A DNA stretch of 64,000 nt from NCBI GenBank assembly GCA_963771075.1, contig CAVYSE010000011.1, positions 416,001-480,000 on the forward strand, written 5' to 3'. The notes beneath the pieces were generated by a model. It was not told the origin of the DNA and did not search any database. It saw nothing but the letters and a program-made list of their open reading frames with translations. Below are positions 29,902-39,363 of this stretch, piece after piece. The stretch comes from a candidate division FCPU426 bacterium. GTDB lineage: Bacteria; Oederibacteriota; Muellerivitia; Muellerivitales; Muellerivitaceae. Both the position numbers and the translations under genes were made by a program. How positions within the stretch are numbered: position 1 is the first letter of the stretch; every line of letters begins with the position of its first letter.

Positions 29902-30480
29902 GTGAGCAAGGGAAGGCTGGAGGCTTTCAGCGACGGGGTCATCGCGATCCTCATCACGATCATGGTGCTGGACCTGCGGGCGCCCCATGGGGCCGGGTGG
30001 ATGGACCTGAAGCCGGTCGTGCCCAACCTGATCGGCTATATCCTGAGTTTCGTCTTTTTGGGGATCTACTGGTCCAACCACCACCATCTTTTCCAGGCCG
30101 TTCAAAAGGTGAACGGCGCCATCCTGTGGGCGAACCTGCACCTCCTGTTCTGGCTTTCCCTCATTCCTTTCGTGACGAATTGGATGGGGAACACGGGTTT
30201 TACGGCCCTGCCGGTGTCCCTTTATGGCGTGGACCTTCTCTTCTCGGCACTGGCTTACTATATCCTGAACCTGGCACTGCTCGCCCGCCATGGGCCCCAA
30301 TCCGCCTTGGCCAAGGCGATCGGTAACCAGAAGAAGGAATACCTTTCGCTTTTCCTTTACTTAGCGGCAATTCCCTTTTCCTTCGTCGAATCCTGGATCG
30401 CTTACGGCCTTTATATCGCGGTCGCCGTCATGTGGCTGGTACCGGACCGGAGGATCGAAAATGCGCTGGAGGGGCTTTGA
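29902..30480 (+). CDS. TMEM175/DUF1211-family potassium channel
   Basis: RLEAFSDGVIAILITIMVL and YWSNHH motifs. Confidence 0.93.
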   Translation: MSKGRLEAFSDGVIAILITIMVLDLRAPHGAGWMDLKPVVPNLIGYILSFVFLGIYWSNHHHLFQAVQKVNGAILWANLHLLFWLSLIPFVTNWMGNTGFTALPVSLYGVDLLFSALAYYILNLALLARHGPQSALAKAIGNQKKEYLSLFLYLAAIPFSFVESWIAYGLYIAVAVMWLVPDRRIENALEGL

Positions 30481-30612
30481 GGCCTCCCGCCCCTTGCGGA
30501 CAAACCCGAAATAAAATTCCCCAAGGATATTTATTTTTAGTTTGGGCCTAACCCATAATCACGACTTGGCTTTTCAAGCCGATAGGAATTCTTGAAATGG
30601 GGAGGTAGGAAA

Positions 30613-30825
30613 ATGAAGGCGTTCGTCAATCAGGGACGGTTTCTGCTGGGCACGGTAGGAGTGATGGGTTTGGCCGGGATGGCCCGCGCCGAGGAATTTG
30701 TGGCCAATCATATTCCCCTGAGCCCCCAACTTTCCCAGCCCCACGACGGTTGGATCACGATTGTGCCGGGAATCGTACTCGCGGTCTTGTCCTCATTCAT
30801 CTGGATCTTCGGAAAAAAGGGGTAG
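30613..30825 (+). CDS. Small membrane protein
   Basis: GGAGG RBS, signal-like N-terminus, and a C-terminal TM with a KKG tail. Confidence 0.55.
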   Translation: MKAFVNQGRFLLGTVGVMGLAGMARAEEFVANHIPLSPQLSQPHDGWITIVPGIVLAVLSSFIWIFGKKG

Positions 30826-30872
30826 TCACCCTTTTATCAGGCTGTTGAAGCGGTTTGGGATCATCCGAAAAT

Positions 30873-30906
30873 AAAAAAGGGGCGCCAGGTTTCCAGCGCC
30901 CCTTTT
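30873..30906. terminator. Bidirectional intrinsic terminator
   Basis: AAAAAAGGGGCGC-loop-GCGCCCCTTTT between convergent genes. Confidence 0.8.
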
Positions 30907-30918
30907 ACTTGAGCCGGC

Positions 30919-31509
30919 TTATTTACCTTCGAAATTCTTTCCGGCGAAATTCCAGTTAAGCACCTTCCAGAAGGCTTCCACGTACTTCGCCCGGGCGTTG
31001 CGGTAGTCGATGTAATAGGCGTGTTCCCAAACGTCGCAGGTGAAGAGGGGAATATGCCCCGTCGTGAGGGGGGTCCCGGCGTTGGCGGTGGTCTCGATCT
31101 TCAGGCTCTTGTCGGCGGGGTTGAGGCTTAGCCAGGCCCAGCCGGAGCCGAATTGGCCCAGGGCGGCCGCGGTGAATTGTTTCTCGAACTCGGCCCGTGA
31201 TCCGAAGGTCTTATCCAGGGCCGTGGCCAGCGCGCCCGAGGGGGACTGGTTCTTGTCGGCCGAGAGGCTGTTCCAGTAGAAGGAATGGTTAAAGTGCTGG
31301 GCGGCGTTGTTGAAGAGGGGGCCGGTGGCTTTGCGGATCAGGTCATCCAGGTGCAGGGCCTCCTCCGGAGTGCCGGCGATGAGCTTGTTCAAATTATCCA
31401 CGTAGGTCTGGTGGTGCTTCCCGTAGTGGAAATCGAAGGTCTCGACGCTCAAATAGGGGGCGAGGGCGTCCTTGGTATAGGGCAAATGAGGCAATTCGTA
31501 CTTCGGCAT
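30919..31509 (-). CDS. sodB: Fe/Mn superoxide dismutase, probably Fe type
   Basis: HYGKHH, FNNAAQHFNHSFYW, FGSGWAW and DVWEHAYY motifs. Confidence 0.95.
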   Translation of the reverse strand: MPKYELPHLPYTKDALAPYLSVETFDFHYGKHHQTYVDNLNKLIAGTPEEALHLDDLIRKATGPLFNNAAQHFNHSFYWNSLSADKNQSPSGALATALDKTFGSRAEFEKQFTAAALGQFGSGWAWLSLNPADKSLKIETTANAGTPLTTGHIPLFTCDVWEHAYYIDYRNARAKYVEAFWKVLNWNFAGKNFEGK

Positions 31510-31676
31510 GTCAGCTCCTTTTCAATTATGAAGAATGCGACAACCACCGCAATTTGACAGCTAGGGGTTCAAAAATCAATCCGACGCCCATAAAAAAAGG
31601 GGGGAAAAGGCCTAATAATGATTGGGGAATCCCTTTGGCGGGAAATGGAAACCGGTTTTTCCTACAATGTCCAGCC

Positions 31677-32268
31677 ATGACCTCCCCTTCCAACCGGATC
31701 CTTTACTCTTCCGATGTGATCCAAGCCGCGGTCCAGTCCACCGCGGAGAAAATTGCCGATTGGGTGGAAGCGTCCTCAATTCATGCCCTGGGGTGGGTGA
31801 CGGTGTTGGAAGGAGGGAAGCCCTTTTCGAGGGATCTTTACCACGAGGTCACTCGAAGGGTTCCCGGGTTGGCGCCCTTTTTGGGGGAAGTCCGGGTCAC
31901 GGCGACCTCCGGAACGAGCCTGTTGGAAGAAAGAAATATTGGTCATGATGAATTTGAAACCGGAAGTTATGCGGGACATTCCGGTTTTATTGGTGGACGA
32001 TTTGGTCGATACCGGGAAAACCCTCTTGGCGGTGCGGAAAAACCTGCTGCAAATGGGGGCGCGGGAAGTGAAAACGGCCGTAGCCTTGAACAAGAACGCG
32101 GCTAACCGGGGGACGGCCGATCTTGCGGCGCTCGACCTCGGCCTTACCCCCGAGCACCTGCGCTTGAAGGGCCTGAAAGACCTTTGGGTTTACGGATACG
32201 GCATGGATTGGAACGGTCTTCACCGGGAAGACCCGGCCATTGGGGCGTTGGAAATTAAGAAACTATAA
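31677..32268 (+). CDS. Hypoxanthine phosphoribosyltransferase-like protein, frameshifted at about 31925-31980
   Basis: RILYS..VI and VLEGG in frame 1; VLLVDDLVDTGKTL and WVYGYGMD in frame 2. Confidence 0.75.
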
Positions 32269-32281
32269 CTAAACCTAATTT

Positions 32282-32542
32282 CACCACAGGCCGCCTTTGG
32301 CGGCCACATGCCGACCTTCTATAAACCCATTAAGGAGGTCGGTATAGTCCAGCTATCTTTGGCCCTAAGGGCCAAAGGGACAGAGGCACATGCCGACCAT
32401 CCATGAGACATTAAATGGGGTCGGTATTGTCCCGATTTCTTTCGCCTTTTGGGCGAAAGGGGACAGAAAAAAGCCTTTCTAAACTCAAGGAATCTTAAAC
32501 CAATTGTCCGGGTTTACTCTGTGTCTCCGTGTCTCTGTGGTA
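32282..32542. repeat. 8-mer inverted-repeat element with nested hairpin units
   Basis: CACAG.. left arm interrupted by two tandem ~80-bp double-hairpin units; right arm CTCTGTGT CTCCGTGT CTCTGTGG. Confidence 0.7.
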
Positions 32543-32600
32543 AATATCGGGTTTTGTTAGAGATTCTAAGTAGGGTTTGAAAAGAGGGAGGGGTTCCCGG

Positions 32601-32984
32601 TTAATCCTCAATGTATTTCTCGTCGAAGTCATAGCCGATGGTTTTGGGGTCAAGGCCGTGGCTCTTTGCGTATTTTTCCTTGGCGGCGGTATGCTCGAAG
32701 GACCGCTTGAGCCGCTCGGATTCGACCTTTTGGAAGTCCTCCGGTTTTAACTGGCCCATCTCCCGGATGCCGTCGGCCGTGAGGTAGGCCAGCCCCGCCG
32801 GAAAGGTGAATTCGACCAGCCGGTTGATCTTCATGATTCGCAAGGTTTCCTGGAGGATTCCTTTTTTCAGCCAGCATGATTTGCCCAGGCTTTCCAGGGA
32901 CAAGCAATAGGGTTTGATTTTGATGTTTTCGTTCGGAAGTTTTTTGAAGTTGTACAAAATGGTTTTTTTGACGAGTTCGTCCAT
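32601..32984 (-). CDS. Hypothetical protein (possible winged helix)
   Basis: Intact ORF downstream of pilD; LVE....AYLTADG resembles a wHTH end, but the match is weak. Confidence 0.55.
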   Translation of the reverse strand: MDELVKKTILYNFKKLPNENIKIKPYCLSLESLGKSCWLKKGILQETLRIMKINRLVEFTFPAGLAYLTADGIREMGQLKPEDFQKVESERLKRSFEHTAAKEKYAKSHGLDPKTIGYDFDEKYIED

Positions 32985-33062
32985 TTTGCCGTCTTCCTTC
33001 TGCCCGTAATCAACAGCCATCGATTTGAAACTCCCGGGGGTTACGCGGAAATCTTTGAGGTC

Positions 33063-33878
33063 CTAACGGAACGATAACCAAAAACTTAAGCCCGTATTGG
33101 GCCAAAGGGCCGTCAAAACGCATCCCATGCAGAGGAAGGGGCCGTAGGGCAGGGGCGTCTTGGATTTCAGCCTTCCGGCCAGGATCAACCCGCCGCCCCA
33201 AAGCCCGCTAATCAAGGAGCCCAGGAAAAGGCCGTCCAGGACCCCCTGCCATCCCAGCACCATACCCAGGGCGCCCAAAAGCTTGATATCCCCGCCGCCC
33301 AGGGCGTCCTTGCCCAAGATCCAGGTGCCCAGCCAGCCGAAAATAAAAAGGATCCCGGCGCCGGTGAAAAAGCCCGTCAGCATATCCACCAGACGGGCAT
33401 CCCAACGGCTTCCCAGCCATGGATTCCAGGGGGCGTAAAGGGTGGCCGCCGCCATCATCGGAAAGACGATGGCGTTGGGCAGGAGCATGGTCCGCGCGTC
33501 AATGGAGGAGAGAAGCACGCAAAATCCCACCAGGACCAGGAAACCGGCCAGCCTTACCGGCTCGGTTTGGAATTGATGGGCGGAAAGGGCGAATAAGAGG
33601 CCGGTCACGATTTCCACCAGGGGATACTGCAGGGAGATCGGGTTGCGACAGGACCGGCACCGGCCCCGTAAAAAAAGGAAACTGAGGATAGGGATATTCT
33701 CATGCCAGGAAAGGCCATGGCCGCATTGGGGGCAGCGGGAAGGGGGGCGGACGATGGAAAGGCCCTCCGGGATCCGAAAGGAGCAGACGTTCAGGAAACT
33801 GCCCACGCAGGCGCCGATCCCGAAATAAAAGAATAGGCCCAGGGACTGATAGAAAAGGATCCAAGCGTTGGGGTCCAC
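33063..33878 (-). CDS. pilD: Prepilin peptidase / N-methyltransferase
   Basis: GSFLNVC..RIP, SRCPQC, GRCRSC, YPLVE, GGGDIKL and PYGPFL motifs. Confidence 0.95.
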   Translation of the reverse strand: MDPNAWILFYQSLGLFFYFGIGACVGSFLNVCSFRIPEGLSIVRPPSRCPQCGHGLSWHENIPILSFLFLRGRCRSCRNPISLQYPLVEIVTGLLFALSAHQFQTEPVRLAGFLVLVGFCVLLSSIDARTMLLPNAIVFPMMAAATLYAPWNPWLGSRWDARLVDMLTGFFTGAGILFIFGWLGTWILGKDALGGGDIKLLGALGMVLGWQGVLDGLFLGSLISGLWGGGLILAGRLKSKTPLPYGPFLCMGCVLTALWPNTGLSFWLSFR

Positions 33879-33963
33879 AAGCCCTCCGGCGAAATTTCCG
33901 TCCGCGACAAAAGAATGTTAGCACATTCCCACCCGGCGGCGGTGCGGCGGAAGGGGTCTTCTC

Positions 33964-36159
33964 CTATTCGCTTAAAGCGCCGAAAGCTCCGTTGGGAACG
34001 ATCTCGGCTTTTTCCTCCCCCGGTTTTTGCCAGTAAAGGTTCAGCCCCCAGGTGCTCCGTCCCCCCGGGTTTTGGTAGGTGACTTGGATGGGGTGTTTCC
34101 CCCTGTTCAAGAATACCGTCGCGCGGCTCCCGCCGACCGGAATCCGTTCTTTCCCATCCAAATCGAGGGAAGCGTCGGACCAGGTGGTAAGGAATAGGCC
34201 ATAGGACCCGGTGAGGGGTATTTCCAAAGTCCCTTTCCAAAGGATAAAGGGAGCCTTTAGGGGAAGGGAGCCTTCATTGGTGAAATTCAACATGGGGTCG
34301 CGGTGCACCAGGGCGGGAGGGTCCAGGGTGCCGGGGTTCATATAGTAATAACCCGTCAAACCCCGGGGCACCAGCTGGTCGGCGGGTATGCCTTGCTTCT
34401 TCACCAGTTCCCCTTTGGGCACGAGATAGAGCCGCATGGATAGCTCGCCGGCCGGGTCGTACTGGGTTTCAATCCTGCCGCCTGGATAAAGGTTTTGAAT
34501 TAAGTTCAATAGGCCGTCCCGGGTCGACTCGAGAAAATAAGCCTTTCCCAATCCATTGGGGTTGGCGGGGCAGGCCAGGTCTTCCGGTACCCGCAAAAGG
34601 TGGACATGGGTCCGGTGGAAGTAACTTAAGAACCGCAGGCTGTAGGTTTGCTCGTAATAGGGGGAGAAATAAAGGTCGTAAGCGCCGCCATATTGGGCGC
34701 ATTTTTGGCCCACGAAAGTTTCCTCCGCGTCGTACTGCTCAAAGGCGTCCGCGCTGGCCGCTTGGGCGCCGAAATAGAGGTCGAAATTTTGATAGGCGAT
34801 GAAGGCGAGAGTGGCCAGCCCCGGAAGGAAAAAGAGGGATCGAAGAAGGAGCGGACGAACGCCGGCCGCCTTTTCCCAAAGGACGTTCAGGGGCAGGGAG
34901 GCCAGGAGCGCGACCAGGGGGGTCAGGGCCAGCAGTCGATTGGCGTGGGCGGCGTTGACGGAAAACACACCGGGAAGGCTCATGACGAGAAACCCCGTCA
35001 GTGCGAAAAAGGAAACCTTTTTCCAGGGTGTGAGGAAGGATAGAAGGAATCCGAAGAAGAAAAGAACGCCTGTGCCGTCATCCAGCATGCGGTGGAGGGG
35101 CAGGTTATGCCGGGAAAGGGGGTCGCCCTGATAGTGGAACATGAGCGCGGTCTTCTTGAGGTTGTCCCAGAGGGGTGAGAGATTGTCCGCCTCCTCGATC
35201 TTGGAAAGAATGGAAATGGAATCCTCCCGGCCGCCCATGCCCGAAAGGGCCAGGTTGTGCCGGAGAAAGGGCACGCAAAGCAGCAGGGCGAGCAGGCCGA
35301 ACCCCAGCAATTGTTTCCAACGGGCGAGGAGGACCGGGCGGTACCGGACCAGCGTGAAAAGCCCCAAAAGCAGGAGCCAAAGGGGAAAGGCCTTGTAGGC
35401 CTGATAGGTATAGAAGCCCAGCCCGAAGAAACAGGCCGAAAGGGCAAAGGCCCATCTTTTTCCCGTCCGCAGGCCCAGCAGGAGAAAGGCCAGGGTTCCG
35501 AAGATGTAGAAGGGAACTTGGATCGTGGGAAATCCATTGCGGCTGAATATCAGGTTCCAGCGCATGACCGCCAGGAGGAAAAGACTCAGGAGGGCCGCGC
35601 GGGCCCCGGCCAATTCGCGGATCGTCCAGTAAACCAGGGGCAGGGTGGCCAGGGACAATAGGGCGAAAAAGAGGAAGAGGGTGAATCGGCCGGCGGGAAC
35701 GAAGCAGAACCATCCGGCCAGTTGGTACAAAAGATAGGCGGGGTTCTGGAAAACATCGAATTCCCAGGTTGGCCGGAAGCCTTCATAAAGGATGCGCAGA
35801 GCCGACCAGCCCTCATACCCCTGGTCCACAAAGATGCCGGGAGGGAGGGAATCCAGCCGGTAGATGCGGTAAAAGCCCGCCAGGAGCATGAGACAGGCGA
35901 AAAGAAACCGCTCGACGTTCACCGAAAGGGGAGGCGGAGCCGCGGGTGGCGTGGAAAGGGCGTAGCGGCTAAAAAGAAAAGCCGCGGTGAAATAGAGAAG
36001 CCACCATCCGACGCCGGGCAGGTCCGTCGCTTGGGCGATCGTTCCCTGTGCCAGGGCAGCCAATACAAAGGCCGTGAGGGGGAGGAGAAAACCGAGGTTG
36101 GAACGTAAGCTTGGAATCAAAAAAGCCTTCCAGGATCCACTTAGGATATAAGACGACAA
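33964..36159 (-). CDS. GT39/PMT-family membrane glycosyltransferase with a C-terminal PA14 domain
   Basis: RIYRLDSLPPGIFVDQ, RWNLIFSR, GFYTY, and a C-terminal GLTGYYY...W.G.L....G.Y...DLDG...GKHPI. Confidence 0.82.
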   Translation of the reverse strand: MSSYILSGSWKAFLIPSLRSNLGFLLPLTAFVLAALAQGTIAQATDLPGVGWWLLYFTAAFLFSRYALSTPPAAPPPLSVNVERFLFACLMLLAGFYRIYRLDSLPPGIFVDQGYEGWSALRILYEGFRPTWEFDVFQNPAYLLYQLAGWFCFVPAGRFTLFLFFALLSLATLPLVYWTIRELAGARAALLSLFLLAVMRWNLIFSRNGFPTIQVPFYIFGTLAFLLLGLRTGKRWAFALSACFFGLGFYTYQAYKAFPLWLLLLGLFTLVRYRPVLLARWKQLLGFGLLALLLCVPFLRHNLALSGMGGREDSISILSKIEEADNLSPLWDNLKKTALMFHYQGDPLSRHNLPLHRMLDDGTGVLFFFGFLLSFLTPWKKVSFFALTGFLVMSLPGVFSVNAAHANRLLALTPLVALLASLPLNVLWEKAAGVRPLLLRSLFFLPGLATLAFIAYQNFDLYFGAQAASADAFEQYDAEETFVGQKCAQYGGAYDLYFSPYYEQTYSLRFLSYFHRTHVHLLRVPEDLACPANPNGLGKAYFLESTRDGLLNLIQNLYPGGRIETQYDPAGELSMRLYLVPKGELVKKQGIPADQLVPRGLTGYYYMNPGTLDPPALVHRDPMLNFTNEGSLPLKAPFILWKGTLEIPLTGSYGLFLTTWSDASLDLDGKERIPVGGSRATVFLNRGKHPIQVTYQNPGGRSTWGLNLYWQKPGEEKAEIVPNGAFGALSE

Positions 36160-36203
36160 CCCAAGTTAGAATTTAGCCACAGATTCGTGGGATTCATAGG
36201 ATA

Positions 36204-36332
36204 TAACCTCTGAAAAAGTCGGCTTTGCGGCCTTTTTCAGGAAGGCTAACAAGGTAACCCCACGATTTCCTGCGGAAATCTTTGGGATCGAGACCTCTGT
36301 TTGTCGCTCTTTTAGATTTTTTCAGATGTCTC
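36204..36332. repeat. 129-bp structured repeat (MITE-like), copy 2
   Basis: Same length as, and similar sequence to, 20749-20877. Confidence 0.8.
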
Positions 36333-36391
36333 AGGATAAAACTCCCGGATAGGCGTCCCAGCCGAAGGCTGGGCAAGCGCAGCTTAAAAAC

Positions 36392-36428
36392 AAAAAAGGG
36401 GCCGATGATTAGATCATGGGCCCCTTTT
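36392..36428 (-). terminator. Intrinsic terminator after the GT2 gene
   Basis: AAAAAAGGGGCC...GGCCCCTTTT hairpin. Confidence 0.65.
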
Positions 36429-36441
36429 CCGCAAGCGAAGG

Positions 36442-37485
36442 TTATTTCAGGCTGGCGAGGCCCTTTTCGGCGGCGAGTTTGTTGGCCAAGGCCGCGTTGC
36501 GCTTGACCGCCTGCTCCAAGCACATCTTAGCCAGGCCCAGTTCGTTCTCGCGGAACATGGTCACGGCTTCCTTGACGTAGAACTTGGCGCGGATATCGTT
36601 GGCCTGGGTTTCGTTGATGGCCCCGCGTTTCGTGGCCAGCTCGATGGCCTTTTCCACGCCCGCGGCGTCGACACGGCACTTGGTCTCGTAGAATTTCGAC
36701 TTGCCACCCTCCCGGCTGCGGGAGGCCGACCCCTGCGTGTTCTGGGGGATGCGGTAGTTGGTGGGTGTGAGGGGAGTGAACACGAATTCCGCCCCGCTGG
36801 CCGAGTAGCAAAGCCAGGCGTAGTAATCCTCGCTGGCCTTCTCCCCGGGGAAGGGGATGTCCCGGGCGATACCGGTCAGGACCGAGGTGGTGGAGGTGAG
36901 GTTGGTGTAGCCGGCCTCGGAGCAGATGCTGATCCAGGCGTCCTTGCCCTGGGGCGGGTTGCTGTGGGATTCCAAAATCTCCACGATCGACTGGGAGCAC
37001 TTGTGGTAGGGCGTGGGCTTCCCGTTCTCGTTGATCACGTTGAAGGTGCTGTAAACCACCCCGGCGTTGGGATTCTTCTTGAAGATGTCGCGGACCACTT
37101 CCACCCGCCAGGCGTGGGTCAGGTCGTCGGCGTCGATAAAGACGATGAAGGGGTATTTTTGCTCGTAAGCGTACTGGATGGCCACGTTGCGGGCGTGGCC
37201 CGGGCCGTCCGAGTGGTCCATGAAAATGGCCTTGAGCTTGCCCTTGAAATCTTTTTCCAGCTTCCTCAAATAGTCCTTCGCCTCGGCCGAGGGGGAGTTC
37301 CCGTCGGCGATAAGGACGACCCAGTTGGGATCGGTTTGAAGGAGGATGCGCTCCAAGGTTTCATCAAGCCACTTGCGTTCCATTTCGGAACCTTGGCTCC
37401 AATGGGGAATCACAAACGCGGCGGGACCATCCAGATTGAATTTTTCCATTTCCTTGGCCTTTATTGCGGATTGAGGTGACGACAA
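36442..37485 (-). CDS. GT2-family glycosyltransferase
   Basis: VIPH, QT.PNW..LIAD, GPGHARNVAI, FIDADD and SEDY motifs. Confidence 0.9.
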   Translation of the reverse strand: MSSPQSAIKAKEMEKFNLDGPAAFVIPHWSQGSEMERKWLDETLERILLQTDPNWVVLIADGNSPSAEAKDYLRKLEKDFKGKLKAIFMDHSDGPGHARNVAIQYAYEQKYPFIVFIDADDLTHAWRVEVVRDIFKKNPNAGVVYSTFNVINENGKPTPYHKCSQSIVEILESHSNPPQGKDAWISICSEAGYTNLTSTTSVLTGIARDIPFPGEKASEDYYAWLCYSASGAEFVFTPLTPTNYRIPQNTQGSASRSREGGKSKFYETKCRVDAAGVEKAIELATKRGAINETQANDIRAKFYVKEAVTMFRENELGLAKMCLEQAVKRNAALANKLAAEKGLASLK

Positions 37486-37671
37486 CAGGGCGCATTATAT
37501 CGAAAAGTCGTTTTAACGTTGGAAAAACGATAAAAACCACCCAAAGGGGGAGAGGCTCGGAGAAACACGATTAAGAACCAATAGAACCCTGAAAATAAAC
37601 AAGAATTAATAAACCTTGTCCCCGTGATTAAAAAGGTGTTGTTGCCGGCTCTTAATGGATTCTATGGGCAC

Positions 37672-37703
37672 AAAAAAAGCCGCCCCGTTTTGAGGGGGCG
37701 GCT
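37672..37703 (-). terminator. Intrinsic terminator after the yncE-like gene
   Basis: AGCCGCCCC-loop-GGGGCGGCT followed by a U-run on the minus strand. Confidence 0.75.
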
Positions 37704-37717
37704 CGTTCAGTCCATCT

Positions 37718-38761
37718 TTACTTTCCTACCACCAGCAGGTGAAAGGTTCCCGGAACTGGTTTCCGGTGTGGCTTGGGGTCGTCTTTTGTGGGGGTCGGCG
37801 GAGGTTGCATTTGGGCGGTCATCAAAACGATATGGCCGGTTTTGGAATCCAGCGCCAGGGTCCGGGCGCCCAATTCCGTTGGAAATTGCTCGACCAGCGT
37901 ATACTTATTGGGCGAGTCCTCATGGATGACCGTCAGGGTGGCATCGCCATTGGAGCTGAACACGTTGCCCGTGGCGGGATCAAAGGCGGTCCCATCTACC
38001 CGCTCGCCGATGGGCAGGGTCTGGATCACTTTCCCGTTCTTCGCGTTCATCACCACCAGGTTCTTGTTGTGACAGCCGGAAAAGAGACGATTGTTCTTTA
38101 CGTCCATGGAAAGGCCGGAGGGAGACTCACCGGGAGCCAGGGGCCATGTCTTGAGAATCTTCATGGTTTTGGCGTCGATCTTAAGGACCACGCTTTGGGT
38201 CTCCAGGTTATCGAAAATGAACCCTTTGCCGTTGGAGACGGCTACCTCGGGCCCCCCGTCCAGGGCCACGGTGGTTACCGCTTTGTCGGTGGCGGGATCA
38301 ATCACGGTGCAATTGTGGCTGTCGCCGTTAAAGGTCAGGATATGTTTTGTGGCGGGGTCATAAATAATGACGTCCGCGTCTTTAGAGTCGGGGATCTCGG
38401 CGAGGCGCTTGAAAGTCTTCAAGTCAAAAACTACCACGCTGCCGGGAACGCCGCTGGTGGCGTAGCCCTTGCCCAGGTCGGGCAAGAATACCACTCCGTG
38501 GGGATGGGGCACGTTCTCGACGGTTCCCAGCAGGGTCAAGGCGTCCGCGTCGACCACCTGCACGCTGTTGTCATGGGTGAGGTAGATCCGCCGATTGTCG
38601 CTGTCGACGGTCAGGAAATCCCATCCGCCGTCGCCTGGAAGCGAAATTTTTTGGATAATTTTGTACCCGCTCTTCCCGGTTTCCTGCGCACGGGCACCAC
38701 TCGCCCCTAACGCTAGGCCCACCACCAGCCCCAACATGCCTATAACCTTGAACTGATTCAT
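37718..38761 (-). CDS. YncE-family secreted beta-propeller
   Basis: Signal peptide; GGWDFLTVD, HGVVF, PEVAV.NG.G, P.GL.MD and GARTLALD motifs. Confidence 0.88.
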   Translation of the reverse strand: MNQFKVIGMLGLVVGLALGASGARAQETGKSGYKIIQKISLPGDGGWDFLTVDSDNRRIYLTHDNSVQVVDADALTLLGTVENVPHPHGVVFLPDLGKGYATSGVPGSVVVFDLKTFKRLAEIPDSKDADVIIYDPATKHILTFNGDSHNCTVIDPATDKAVTTVALDGGPEVAVSNGKGFIFDNLETQSVVLKIDAKTMKILKTWPLAPGESPSGLSMDVKNNRLFSGCHNKNLVVMNAKNGKVIQTLPIGERVDGTAFDPATGNVFSSNGDATLTVIHEDSPNKYTLVEQFPTELGARTLALDSKTGHIVLMTAQMQPPPTPTKDDPKPHRKPVPGTFHLLVVGK

Positions 38762-39173
38762 TACGGCCCTCCGTGTTTAATTAATCGATCAACGTTAAGC
38801 TGACTTCAATTTTCTTTTCCTAACCAAGACAACTATTAGACGGTTCGAATCAAATTTCGGATTTCCCCTAGGTCGAAAAAATTTGTTCCTGGCGGCGACA
38901 TTATCTGCACTTATTCAACCCTGGGAGTGACGGCAAAGTTACAATTCATTTTCAACATCGTGGAGTAAATGATAATGGAATCTTTTTCCCTTCCGACAAA
39001 TTTGTGTTATGGGCGGTACTTCCTACTGATTGATCCTCCCTTTAGGCTTGTTATGAGACCATGTCATGTATGAACAAGGAAAAGGGGTAACAACGAATAA
39101 TCCTGAGTTATTCGTGAATCGATAATGTTGATTCCCTTGAAATTACGAAGCATTTTAATTTTTGTAACTGTCA

Positions 39174-39217
39174 TGACAATGACGGGCAGATGACGATTTT
39201 GTCAGCTTATCGTAACG
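39174..39217 (+). promoter_or_regulatory. CusR/CopR-box-like site
   Basis: ATGACGATTTTGTCAG (39190-39205), plus TGAC/GTCA half-sites at 11-bp spacing, upstream of the TonB-dependent receptor. Confidence 0.55.
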
Positions 39218-39363
39218 CCCAATTTATGTCATCGAAACACTCGGAGTAATGAAAGGCATTAAATTCTCCCGCGACTCAAGGCGTCTTTAAAAAATTCGCC
39301 GGATGTCCATTTTTGGAATCCCTGAAAGTGATTCCAACCATTAGTACGAGAAAGGGAGTTTTT

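Noticed and set aside
32282..32542. Integron attC sites
   Set aside because: No clear RYYYAAC...GTTRRRY boundaries, cassette array or integrase in the window.
38762..39363. Cobalamin or other riboswitch upstream of the TBDR
   Set aside because: No B12-box or other recognisable riboswitch core; the region looks like a protein-regulated AT-rich promoter.
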